Part shown: positions 11,500-23,931 of the stretch, piece by piece
Layout of the letters: every line of letters begins with the position of its first letter
Numbering within the stretch: position 1 is the stretch's first letter
Assembly (NCBI GenBank): GCA_030141605.1
Contig: JAQGDQ010000448.1
Coordinates: 62,001 to 126,000, forward strand
Direction: 5' to 3'
Length of the DNA stretch: 64,000 nucleotides
From: Tubiluchus corallicola
Lineage: Eukaryota; Animalia; Priapulida
The notes under the pieces: generated by a model
Seen by the model: only the letters and a program-made list of their open reading frames with translations
Told to the model about the DNA's origin: nothing
Databases searched by the model: none
Made by a program: the position numbers and the translations under genes

Positions 11500-14400
11500 G
11501 TGTTGGTACAATTGACCTCAAGCATGCCTTTTGTTTTGGTAGGTTCAGTTTGGTGTTTAGCAGATGATTTATGCTCGGTAGCCCTGGGAAGTTATAAGCT
11601 GCATTAAGTTTTCCCTTCTGTAATGTGTTTGCGATGGCAGCAACAACGCCATCCTTAGATACAAATGTGACACAGCAGCAGAGGACATTTGGTGGGAAAC
11701 TATGCACTTGTAATGCTGCAGTAATGCTGAAGTAAGTAATGTTGCAGCTGCTGAGTACGTAGCTACCAGCCTTGCTGACTGGCTTCACAATAATGCCTAT
11801 GTACTGCAGGTTCCGCGAGTATAACAGTTGGATTGTTGCTGGCTTTGGTTTTAGTGCTAAATTATAGGATAGAATTATTTCTGATGATATACCGTAACAA
11901 TTAGGAGCCGTCGCGAGCGTAATCGTGTAAAGGACAGGTGGCTTTGTCGCATGCTGCGTTTTTTCATCGGTGTTATTACTTTTATGAAGATTTTATAAGA
12001 CTTTATTATAGGCAGTATTAACAACAGACTAACAAACATGACGACATTTGGTTAGGAGTGTAATATATAAATTACAAATTATAAGTTATTAACAAAACAA
12101 CAAGTTGAAGTAATTAATCAAACATAGGTGAAATTTAATGTGATTATATATTAATTTTAGTCTGTGTTATGATTACGGTTGGATTTATTTTAAATAATTC
12201 ACATACTAGAGATACATATAAATTCACAATTTTATGTAATGTAATAATACAGACGTGTTTTAGTTTAGGTTTATTTTGGTAAAACACTCAAATGTATACA
12301 AATTACTATTTCTCTATTTCGGAATCATTGAAGCGTATATATAAATGAAAGGGTGTTCCAAAAGAAATTGTGCTCTAACACACTAACAGAAATGCTATTA
12401 GCATGCTAATATTACACCATACGCCCAATAGGTGTGATCATGCCAAGTTATATGGTAGGACAATTAGAATAATGACGTCATTGTGATGTCATAATGCAGA
12501 AGTCCAGATTAATTTTGCCATATTTGTTCTGTACTGTTTGCATTGGACACCATATATGTATCTGATGTCCAACCCAGTACGTTTGTCAGGTTTGCCTAAT
12601 ACCCAGGTCCTGTTTAAAAACATAGTCAATAATAATGTGTAAGTAACTAAGTAGCGGTTTTTTCTTTGCTGCTTGGAAACGCCGGGATTCCGCGAAACGC
12701 ACCCATTTGTGGCCTTGGCAATTAGCAGCAAAGTCTAATAAAATGTTGCCATGCACGTGAAATATGGCAATAGTTTTGGAACAGTCGAGCGAAATACATT
12801 TGGTATTTTCAAACATTATTCTGAATTTAAAACGAGAGGTTGTAGTCTTTTGCTGCCTGCTATTTTGTCTCCCTAGAAATTTATTTAAAAAAAACTGTAA
12901 TTGTTGATACTGTTTCGCATTGTCTTTTTGCGTGTCTTAGTAACTATCATTTAGCAAGCCGAGTTTCTTGTTCGTAAAAAGGCACCTAACGGTGAATATT
13001 TTTTATAGACATCTTTATAATTACAAAGACTGACCGTTCGTAAAAATGATTGTAGTAGGTAGATGCTTTAGTTTTCTGAACGCGTCATATGTGTCGGCTA
13101 CTATGACAACGGTCGAAGCAGGATTAATTACAACAAGAACAGCATACCCTGTGGAACGAGAAATCTTGTTCAAATATAAATGATAGTCGGCGATGAAATT
13201 GCAAAAAAAATGTAATAAGCTGCAATTGCATTGAAAGACTGGGATACCGCATTTCTAACTTGCGCAGTAACTGCAAATAGAACGGCAGCGGTATTTGTGG
13301 TCTATGTAACGAGGTTAGTCGTTAAATTCTTCGACTAAACAGTGCCAGTAAAAGAGCGAATAACTGATTTAATTACGGAATTCATTGAACTCTCTTTCTT
13401 CTGAATTAAGCTTTCAAAAATTAACAGCTTTTTATAGACGCTCTGAGAAGAAAAATTGTTAAAAAAGTGTTTTGGCTCTAATTTAAAGTGGCGAATATTT
13501 ATAACTCCCATGCAAGGTATAATTTCGTAAATTTTATTTTTTAAATTGCAATATTTGATGCGCTCAGTTCTGTCACCAACACAAAGCACAAGCTTTTGCA
13601 AAAAGTGCAGATAGGAATTGTATAAAGAAATTGCATTATAAGAATTGCATGCACATACTGGAAAAACAAGCTGATGGTCTCTCAAAAGTCATTCATTTTA
13701 AGCCCTTTCATTTTTTCGAAACTTCAGCTGAGTTCGTTAATGATACGGGCATTCTGCCTTTCTGATACCGCTTTCTTTCAGTACCTACTCATTTAATTGA
13801 AACCGTGGAACAACAATTATTGTGGCAACAACACGAGAAAATGCCCGTTTACTAAACAAATGTGATTATACAGCCACCTCAGGAGCACCCCTATTTTCGA
13901 CATTTACTATATAATATTATGTGGCTTCCTAATTATAACGTTGATGCTTTTCACGTGACGGTGGCTGAAATTTTCCAGCCATATCACCGCAGCCATCCAT
14001 CAGCTGATCGCAATTAGCACTCCTGAGAGCTGGGTTTCAAGAACTGGACGTCTCACTTGTTGTATCCATCCGCGACGTAATATCACAATTGCTAAACTAA
14101 GAAAAAACTAGGAAAAACAGTAAAGTTTATTAAAGGCTTGATACCTTGATAATTAGGGTTTGAGTGGATAGGGTACATTGTTGTCAAAAATCAAAATTGA
14201 AATGTGTTTAAGTACAGCGCGTTTTGCGAAGACATGGGCGGCTCGCGAGTCTCGACAGACATGCATGAATTATTGTTAATAATTATTATTTGCATAACTG
14301 AATTGTAAATATTGCGTGCGCGACGGGAAATCAAACAATGTTCCCTACTAGGCATTCGCGCTTCAAATGTAGTGGACCGGTGCGCTAAGACAAGCCCTGG

Positions 14401-16717
14401 GCTGTTTAATTCGGGTTAAGATGAAGCCAGCGCAAGCTTTGCAAAATGCTACTGTAGCGCTAGTTTATGGCTGGTTCATGAAGCGGTCTTGCGCTTGATG
14501 ATGGAAAGCCATTCGAGTGCATTACGTTTAACTTGGTTTTAACCTTTGTAGTTATTGTTCTAAATTATAACTCACTTGTTAAAGGAGCGAAAAATATCTA
14601 TTTGTTAAAAAAATGAAAGATCTTTTAAATATTTTACTGTTTTCTTTTTATGTCTATAGTGTCTCAGTAATGGCTATTGCTAGTTCCTTCCTACGGCGGC
14701 CATATTTCTTTAGCGTATTTATTCACCATAGTCACAATATGAATTGATTACAGTTATATAGTTTGCCGAACAGTCCGAAATATCGTGTGCGACGTGTTCC
14801 TTTTGTTTATTAAAGTCTTGGAACATTTCACAAAGTATCTTTTTGCGTCATCAGCCTAGAATCAGATTGAAATTGAGTGAATTAAAATAGATAAAATTGT
14901 GCTAATATTGCGTAATGTAAAACACAATTTCTGTACAACATAATTTACATAAGAGGTCTGCAATGTGAAATTTAAAATAAAAAATAAATATACAGTTAGA
15001 CAGTATCCGAATTTTGGTTAGTGTTCTTCTAAGATACACTTTAAAACTCCAGTATTTCAAATAATAGGTGAAATAAAATATATAAGGCATTTAAAATCAC
15101 GTCCACAATTAAGAAGCTTGCGTCTTTAGAAATACGTGCACTTGCAGCTAAAATTTGCAGAAATTATTTCTGACAGACAAAGGAGCTAGAAGGATTTTTG
15201 ATAGAAACAAGCAGAAAAATTCATTGTGCGGTTTACGTTAGCGTTTGCTTGTATAATCGTTTTCACGACACAGGAAAATTTTTACTATTTTGTTAAACGA
15301 CTTGCATTAAGTTATTCAATGGCGACTTCAGCCGTAGTATTGATCTGTTGTGGTTTTTCCTGAGTTCAACTCTATCGATTGATTTACAAGCATCTGCACG
15401 GTATTTTCTTTATTCATCTGGAATTCTAGACCCCAAGTGAGATTGATTTTCTACTGGGAGGAATTAAAACTGCAAAAATCAGTGAAACGTGCATTTCCGG
15501 AAGAATTAGTAAACTTGTCTGTTTTGCGTCGACGATTGGTGACCCAAAGTTATGCTGTTGTACAAGAAACTATGTTTCAGATTATATGCTTTAATTTGGT
15601 ACTAATTTAAGATTATCCTAATGGAAAACTATTTCTCTAAGTTATACATTTACTGTGCTTTTAAAAATAGTGACTTTGGGTTTATATAATATGCAAATTT
15701 ACATAATAATAGTAATAGTCACTGTAATTGTGCTTTTGTTACTAACTGGCTTTCGTGATCACGGCACTACACAGCAGGGGTGTTACCCCACCTTGCTATG
15801 CAGTTGTAAAACACTAGTACTGTATATGGTTAAAGAGACCCTTTTCTGCATTACAGTTACCTCACCTATATTTTTTGCATTACCCTCCTACTACCCAGCC
15901 AGATATTTGAATGAAACTGTCGCACAGTATCTTGAAGAGCGCAATATCGTCTCGAACACAAGCAACGTGTCACGTGCGTCCAACAAGGTGGAGTCTTTAG
16001 TGCAGTATGTGGTGTGTAGAGAAGTTGCAGTCAATTTTTACTGCAAAAATCTCGCTTTGATTTGGCCCATTCCTGTTCACAATCCCACATCAACGCTGGA
16101 CAGGACAAGACTGGTCACTTGCCCCATTCCTTGAATGGGTCCGAATAACGCGTCTCCAAAATAGCTTGCTGAATTTGTCTGTGTCTGTGGCGTTGCATGC
16201 CATTCAAAGCTACATGACAACATTCTTAGAGCCTCAGAGATCTGTAACATCTGCCCACGGACTGTACTTTAAATAATAATTACATTCTATGTGAACTTTC
16301 TTTGGAGACTGTCAGCTTCTTTCAGCTGGTTCTAGTCTAGGTAACTGGTATCTTATCTTCGGATTGCGGGGTTAACATTTATATCTTATTTGAGGGAGGT
16401 GCAAAATCTTAAGTACTCTAAGCTTAACTACACTTCAAGTTAAGTAGTCTAGTGTATTGTGATAGGTCCTTCTCAGAATAACGTTGATTGTGCTGTTATC
16501 ATTACCATTAAAGCACAAGAAAACCCTCCACTTACATAAAGCTTAAAAAATTCGTCTCGAAATTTTATATCACTTACGTACTAGCTTTTCGTATGCATGG
16601 CTTGCATCTGCCGTAACGCTGTTAAAACGTGTAAATTTAAACTCCCGCGATGACCGTTAGGCGCAGCCATTTTAATGGTGGGTCGTTTGAAACAAGTTTA
16701 GATAACATTGTGTAAAG

Positions 16718-17091
16718 CAGTGGTTTCCAAACTTTCTCGGACCGTTACCCAAATCGGGAAACCCGGTCGTGTCCATTCCCCCCCCCCCCCACCTAGTACT
16801 ACTTCTCCAACTCAAAAAGTAAACACACGTATATGCCACAAGCAAGCAAAATTATTTATGTTTGCTTGTGACATAAATAAATTTCCAGGTGTTGTTGTTG
16901 TATTGTTGCCAAAACAAGAATTACAATTACTGAACCTGCTCATTACTGGCAGTCTATTCAAGAAGAAAACTACGTAAAATGCATTCCGAGCGAAGTTTTA
17001 AAAATTTTCAGAGGGGTGCCCGTTACCCTCCCCCCCCAAAAAAAACATATTACCCCCGGGGGGTAATTTACCCCTACTTTGGGAACCACTG
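16718..17091. mobile_element. hAT (Charlie-like) MITE, 374 bp
   Basis: TIRs CAGTGGTTTCCAAA / TTTGGGAACCACTG; perfect 8-bp TSD GTGTAAAG (16710-16717 and 17092-17099); internal palindrome ATTACCCCCGGGGGGTAAT. Confidence 0.92.
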
Positions 17092-20000
17092 GTGTAAAGT
17101 TTGAAAGAATATTCAGAGCATTCGTAGCATACGTGTTGCTAATTAAGTAAAATTTTAAATTACTGTATCTTGTCAATAAGATTAAAAATACGTTTTTGGC
17201 TAGTGAGTGGCGCACCCTGGTGGGTCAGCGAGATTTTGCCAAATAGCACAAACATTTTAAATTATTAGTCTAGTTACATAAGTCTTACCAGCAAGCAAGT
17301 GATTTGCACGGAAAATTTTTTGGGACATAATTTAACGTTTCCTTTTCTTCTCCTGATTTACGTGGCGTATATGACGTCATGTAATGGCGCGGTCGGAACA
17401 GGATTGCGGGAGATTTAAAATGAAAACAAACAAAAATTCCCCTCAACGCGAATGCGATATACGTGTAAAAGTGCTGTAAAGTAGTATAATTTTTTTCTAA
17501 AACCTACTTCAAGTACCCCTTTTCTTGTCCTTTAATAACCATTCCGTGTATTATTTGGAGCAGGAACGTTGCACATAAGCCACAAACGTATAGTGCTGTA
17601 GTTAACAGAGAAGTAAATTAAACAAAGGCTAAAAACTGTTTATTCCGTGTTTGCGGTCCACGCCTGAATTAAGTACTTAGTTTATATTCTGTCAATTCCT
17701 TGAATATTTAATTTCCGTGGTGGCGTTTCCAAGCAGTATTTTGAAAACGGTCTCTGTCATAAGAAGCCCACTAATTGTTGATTCCGCCCGTTAATGTAAC
17801 GCTGATTGGAGTCAAAGGTTCAAATATTAACTTAAAAGTGAGAGAGTTTTGCTTCGAAACATGTGATTCATCTTTGAATCCACCTCCTTTGAGAAGGCAC
17901 GCGACAGCAGCAGTATCTCGCGTGGCCGGGTACTCACGTAATACACCCTGTCACCCTTAGCAACCGTGCATTATGAAGTGACCCTTTAATCGCCAGTTCA
18001 ACACACCCCAGGATAAAACTGGCGGCATAATAATTATGAGCATGATACATTTCAGTATTTTTTTTTTTGTTTGGCTTATCGCAGTTTGTGACATCGAATG
18101 TAGATACTGGCAGTTATTGTCTTCAGGTTTTTTAAAACAGACTTACACTAATTAACACAATGATTTCATTAACTTGGTCAGAATTTAATGTGTTGTCACT
18201 GCCGTTGACTGCGTCGCAAGTTTGATGTCGGCTTTGCCAAAATCTGCGAAAAAACAAGATACTTGATATCCTATTTTCATGATAATTGTGTGTCTGTGTC
18301 ATTATTTCCTGATAACTTGAATACTGGATCAAAATTGTGTCACTAATTTTGCGTGTCCCTTCTATTAATCTAGTAACACGTTTAGAAGCTATTCCTGTTC
18401 TTGCAAATAGAAAGTGGCTGTTTTTAAGTAGCAGACGGCTTACGTGGGCTATTGACTCTAAACTACTGGATCTGCTTATTGCTGTTGTTTATTGGATGAC
18501 GTGAACTATGCTTGCCATAAGTCGTAAACCCATAACCCAGCTTTAATTTCTTCTGTTGGGCATTTGTGCATGTGAATGGATGCAGGCATATCTCATTTAT
18601 ACCATCTTACTCTTCTGAATTGGAATCCGTCATTTTGCTGTCGAATACAGCTTTGTTCCGCGTTCATTGAAATACTTGGCTATAGCACAGCTTCCTTTTC
18701 AAAAGTGTCTTGAGGGTTGTACACATAAATGAAACAGATTTGAAAATATCAGTTAATAGGCAAATGCAAACGAGTTAAGCTTTCCGCCCTCATGATGATT
18801 ATTCAGTTTTAATGATTTGTGTGTTCATGGCACTTTCGCTTTATCATGGGCAACCTCCTAGAAAACTCTTGGGTTATTTCATTTGGCGTTCTACATTCTT
18901 CTATTTCTTTTCTTGGCGGCTATTTTATGTACATTCAAATGTAGAAGGAAAACCCGCGAGAAATAGCTATGCTCAAGTCTCACCACAAAGACAATAACTA
19001 GGCGAAGCTTGCAGGTGTCGAACTGTGTAAAAAGAATACTTTCTGGAATTCTACAAACTGCAAAACACATTGTCTAATTTTTGAGTCTATCTAGTGTGTA
19101 AAGATAGTCTATCGAGTGAGTAACTCATTGAGTTATTAAAAACGCATTAAAACGAAAAGACAGGCTAGAAGCAGCAGTCACTCTGTTTTTTAATTACTCT
19201 GCTGCGGTTGGTTGATGTCCTCATGAAAGTTTCTTTTTAATTCCAATTGGTTGTTAATCTACATGAAGCTTATCTATGCGAAGCCGCCTTCCCATAGAAA
19301 ATAACAACGGCATTTTTGTGGCGCACAGCATTTTTCTAAGACAATTTTCATTATTCGTATTATGTTGTTCTTTGTTTGCTTATTTTACTTTCCCCATTTG
19401 CTAATTCTGTCATTGTTGTAGCCGTTAACAAGGACAAGTTCACTGTTGATCAATAACATTATTCATCACCGTTTTTCACCTTTGTCGTTTCTTCCTTCCT
19501 ACCTATTACCCTTAAGCTTAGAGCTGCAAACGTGGTTACTCCGGTATAGTTTATAGAGAAAATAGATAACGTTATAGTAGTTTATTCCTTCTGTAGCATC
19601 GTCATTTCACGCCAATTGACCGTCTAGGGCGCGTCTTAACATCTGGGAATCGATTTGTAATTAACCATTATGTTTTAGGAATGTATTAAAGCAAAGCCGA
19701 ACCAAATCTACTCTTTAAAATATTAAAAGGAAGCATACTGTTTTTTTCAAAAACGACTTACGTGAAAGAATTATTACCACACAAACACAATTTCACATTC
19801 GTGCCGCGCTAGTTCTTCTCTGTACATGCATTTCGCCATTCACTAATTAGACGGGCACTAGCGCCTGCATTTCCGAAACGCATTACACAAAAACAGGTGC
19901 TGTACCTCTCAGTTCAGGTGTGTTAATTTCTGACGAACTGCAGACGTTCGAGAGCTCGTGCGTGAGCACAGCGGTATATTTGAAATTTGAATTTTTATCT

Positions 20001-20685
20001 TAAAACTTGACAAGTTTTAGTATAACACACTGAATATCTTACCGTAGCACTGTACTTCAATTTTCGCTTTCGCAAACACGTGCAACACGCTTGTGGAATA
20101 TTTTTGCTGCTGAAAATAGGTTAGTTTGAGATGTCATCAATAGTTGGGCTCGCCCGCCGTTATTAAGTTTTTAATCTGTTCTTTTACTATAACAAGCGCT
20201 TTTGCAGTGTTAATTGTGTTAAAATGTATACATTTTATCGGACTTGAAAATAAGGTGGTATGTGAAAAATCATCAGGTATTCCTTTAACTTTTCCTGGAT
20301 TTAAATGTAGGCATCTGCAGACTGTATCTTGCTAGGCATTAATAATCAGCCTTTTGGCAAATGCTCACTCTTTCAAAACGCTCATATTTTGCCGCCGTTT
20401 CACGCCGGACATAGTCGGCGGAATGAAGCCATTTGGGCGTAATAATAGTCTTCTTGTCAGTAATAGACGTATAACACTGAAAGACTTCGCCGTAATTTTC
20501 TAAGCATCATCTTTTAAGCTGCAGTGAGTATTCGTATTAGCCGTGGCTCTAGCAAATTCTACAACATTTGGGCTTTGTTTGCACTACATGCTTGATATAG
20601 CTCCCGCTTTGAAGATGGTATTTCATTCTATCTCAGTCATAATATATTGTATCATAACATAGATACTGTTTAAATTAAATAAAAA

Positions 20686-22146
20686 GTTGTCAGGGCAGGT
20701 AGTCAGCCCTTAAAAGTCTATTGGTTGAAAACGAAGACATTGAAAGAAATATTTTCTTGCTGCCCTTTGGTGGTGTTTGTATGGCGCGCGGTAAGTTTGG
20801 TCCTGGTACAAGGAAATTTTGGTACCGGGAAAATATGATACTAACGAATTTTTGCTGCAAGCAAATATAGTACAAAGTAAAAATGGTACGGGAACAAGTT
20901 TGGTACTAGGAAATTTTCGTTTTCGAAAAGTTTGGTGCTAGGAAAATTTGATACAGGGAAAGTCTTGTACTGTGAAAATACTTTTTTTGTCATTTTGTTA
21001 CTGTTGTTACCGTTGTTGTTGTATGTTAGTTCTTGCTTGCTACTTTTGTTGTCCTCATCGTCGTCAACATCATCATCATCGTCGTCATCAATTTTATTGC
21101 TGTCATCATTGTTACTTTTGTCGTTTTGTTGCTGTAGCTGTTGTTGTTGCTGATGTTGTTATTCTTGTTGTATGTTAGATTTTGCTTGCTGCTCTTGTTG
21201 TCATCATCATCATCATTATGGTCGTCACAATCACCATCAACATGGTCATCATCATCGTCCTCCTCCTAATCATCATTGTCAATATCACCACTCTATTTAT
21301 CACCATGTTAACAACAGTAAAAGCAAAATCAGATGCAGCAACAATTAACAGTGGCAGTTTCAATGACGGTGTCAGCTATGATCTTAATGACGACGTGCCT
21401 CTCTGCCACTACCAGTGCTGCCAGCAGCAGCATTATGACAACATTACATCATGGTCGCCACTGCCAGCAGCAGCAGCAGCAGTAATAGGAGCATCAAGAA
21501 GAAAAGTTCTCACTCCATACTGTTAGCCTCACGGGAAACCAAACTATACTTATGCAGGGCGTATTTTCCATTGATATCATCGGCCATCACTGCCCTGTTC
21601 TTTTATCAGTTTGATAAGTTTCGTAAAAAAGCAAAAAAGTGGTATGACGTTTCATGATATTTTTTTTTATAAATAAACCAGACTTTCCTAGTTCCAAATT
21701 TCATATTTTCCAGTTGAAACAATTATTTTGTACTGAGATATGGGAATGCTGTCTTTTTCGTTTAGTACCAAATTTTCCAGCACCAAACTTTCCTACTACG
21801 AAATTTCTTTTGTACCTTATTTTCCTTGTACCAAAACTTCATTGTGCCAGTATTTCTTCTAGGACTAAACAATCCTGATACCATATTTTCCTCATACCAA
21901 ACATTCCCCATACCACATTTTCCTAGTACCAAAAATTCCTTGTACCTAAAGATGATAGCACCAAATTTACCTGTACCATAATCACTGCTTACTAAAAATT
22001 CCTAGTTCCAAATTTTGCCAGTACTAAACTTTCCTCGTATCAATTTTACCTGTACCAAACTTTTCTACATTAGTTAGCAGCTGTTCCGTAGAACAGAGCC
22101 CTGAGAAAATATTTAGCTACAAAAGTCTGCCATCTGCTCCAAGAAC
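20686..22146. mobile_element. Foldback-like DNA element with long inverted arms of ~20-bp subrepeats around a trinucleotide-rich core
   Basis: Left arm (~20790-20970) repeats GGTAC(T)AGGAAATTT; right arm (~21680-22070) repeats the reverse complement (TAGTACCAAATTTTCC); degenerate terminal IRs; core (TTG/TCA)n then (CAG/CAA)n. Confidence 0.7.
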
Positions 22147-22430
22147 CTCATCTTTTTGTAGATGATAAGTGATACTAGATTGATCCTTATGGAGGTGGGG
22201 TTGAATAAAGAAAACACAAATGAGTTGATTTGCATCTGACATTGAACTGTCTGCAGTTGACAGCTATATTTCACTGTATTTCCTTAAAACTTATCAATTG
22301 TGAATTATATTTTTCGAAATAGTTAATGTCAGCGATCAGTCCGCATTGTTTAACTTCTTTTCTTGTTAATATGCGGCTGTATCGTTCACCTCTCCTCCGG
22401 GCAATGAGCGAAGCCTGATCAGGTCAAAGC

Positions 22431-22444
22431 GTTGCCATGGTAAC
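22431..22444. promoter_or_regulatory. RFX X-box GTTGCCATGGTAAC in a putative intronic enhancer
   Basis: Exact match to GTNRCC-N2-RGYAAC, flanked by AGGTCAAAG, two TAATTG and a CAGGTG E-box within ~60 bp. Confidence 0.5.
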
Positions 22445-23668
22445 GCCTAATTGACTTAATTGCAGGTGTGCCACGATTGTGTACCTATGCTGCGCTGACA
22501 TAGGTAACTATAGTGCCTGCTTTTATAATTATTCATTTTTGCGTGAATTATATAATATATCTACAGCTGTTCGGGAATTTGCTGGAGCGTCAGGCTACTC
22601 TAGAGTGGGTCATGCTTGTGCGTGGCTGGGGCTTTGTGCTACCCATTCTTTTGTTTCTGCAAAGCATTTTTGTTTGTGGTGCCTAAGCCCTAAAGTATTT
22701 TTAGCTATGCGCTCTCGAGAATAAAATATATGTTAATAGTTTAAAATTTTAACCATCATAAGTGTATTTATTACATCATTTTTTCATAAAACGTCATTTT
22801 TTAAATTAATGGTTCGAATTAATTTGACCGCCATTAATGTGGCAGTTTAGCACCCTAGCTAGCCTAATACAGTGAAACGAAAGAGAAAAAAACGGGTGCA
22901 CCTCGTTTTTGGCCACTCTCTTGCCTGTCTAAAATACAATCTAGTAAAGATGGTAGTTCTCCTGCCTGTAGAACTTAATAGCATTGTGCAATTGAAATTA
23001 AGTATTGTGTTAGTGAGAGACAATTTTCTCCTTGTATATATCGGGAGAGAAGCCATTACGTTCACTGCGGGAAGTCCACTGCAAAAGTTAGCATGTTTCA
23101 CCACTGGTGTTTGTTAAAATTACAAATACAAGTTTTAGTTCGAAAAACGTTCAAAGTTCAATTTTTGTAGCACCTTCATACTGCTTAGTTGTTAAATAGT
23201 GTAAACTTCGACCATGAGAAGGCAACCTATCAATTTTGGTCAGTCTGCATTCAAAGATTCTTCACACGGCTGTTTATAATTTTTGGAAACTTGGGAAAAA
23301 TTCCGCGCTTATCTGCGTCGCATCTGCTTTTTAAATGACATTTTAAGTGTTTATGTATGTGTGAACTTGGGTTTATTTTTATATTGCCCGCAATGCAACA
23401 TTTCTTCTTTTTCTAAGTTACTGTCTGTGCTTTTATTTTGTAACAAGTATCCTCCATGTTCTGTATTGAAGCATTGCAAGGTTCTTTAGCTGGTTTCAAA
23501 TTATTGTTTAATTAAGGTGGGTATGTAGTTGAATGTTTTTGGCCTTATGGATCTCCTCTGAATAATACATACAACTTGGACGTTTATAGGGTAGTAATTT
23601 TGTATTACTAGCAATAATAATTAAAATAACAACAATCATAAAATGAGTGACATGAATGTTTTTTGCAG

Positions 23669-23931
23669 CTTGCAAAAGGAAAGAAGAGCAGCAGGCCACT
23701 GTCAGTCAACCGCCACAGCCCAAGAAGTCTCGACTGGTCTTCACGGACATACAGCGGCGCACTCTGATGGCCATCTTCAAAGAGACACAGAGGCCCTCAA
23801 AGGAAATGCAAATTGCAATTGCCAAGCAACTGGGTCTGGAGTTAACAACGGTGGGAAACTTTTTCATGAACGCTCGTCGTAGATCAGTAGATAAGTGGAA
23901 GGATGAGCACAAACAGACAGACTCAAGTTGA
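23669..23931 (+). CDS. ONECUT: Onecut coding exon 2 (linker and atypical homeodomain, stop)
   Basis: Acceptor TTTTGCAG|CT, phase 1, gives ...RLA-A-CKRKEEQ; homeodomain KKSRLVFTDIQRRTLMAIFKE...VGNFFMNARRRS has the onecut-specific F48/M50; TGA ends at 23931. Confidence 0.96.

Noticed and set aside
15655-16134. 159-aa ORF in the onecut intron (also 11378..11788 and 13335..13685)
   Set aside because: Non-ATG starts, no recognisable domain, no convincing splice-site pairing; no evidence of a nested gene.
20932-21657. Several hydrophobic or homopolymeric ORFs
   Set aside because: Products of the (TTG/TCA/CAG)n core.
20790-22070. ~20-bp periodic repeats superficially like a CRISPR array
   Set aside because: Eukaryotic context, degenerate units without unique spacers, inverted arrangement and no cas genes; explained as a foldback-like element.
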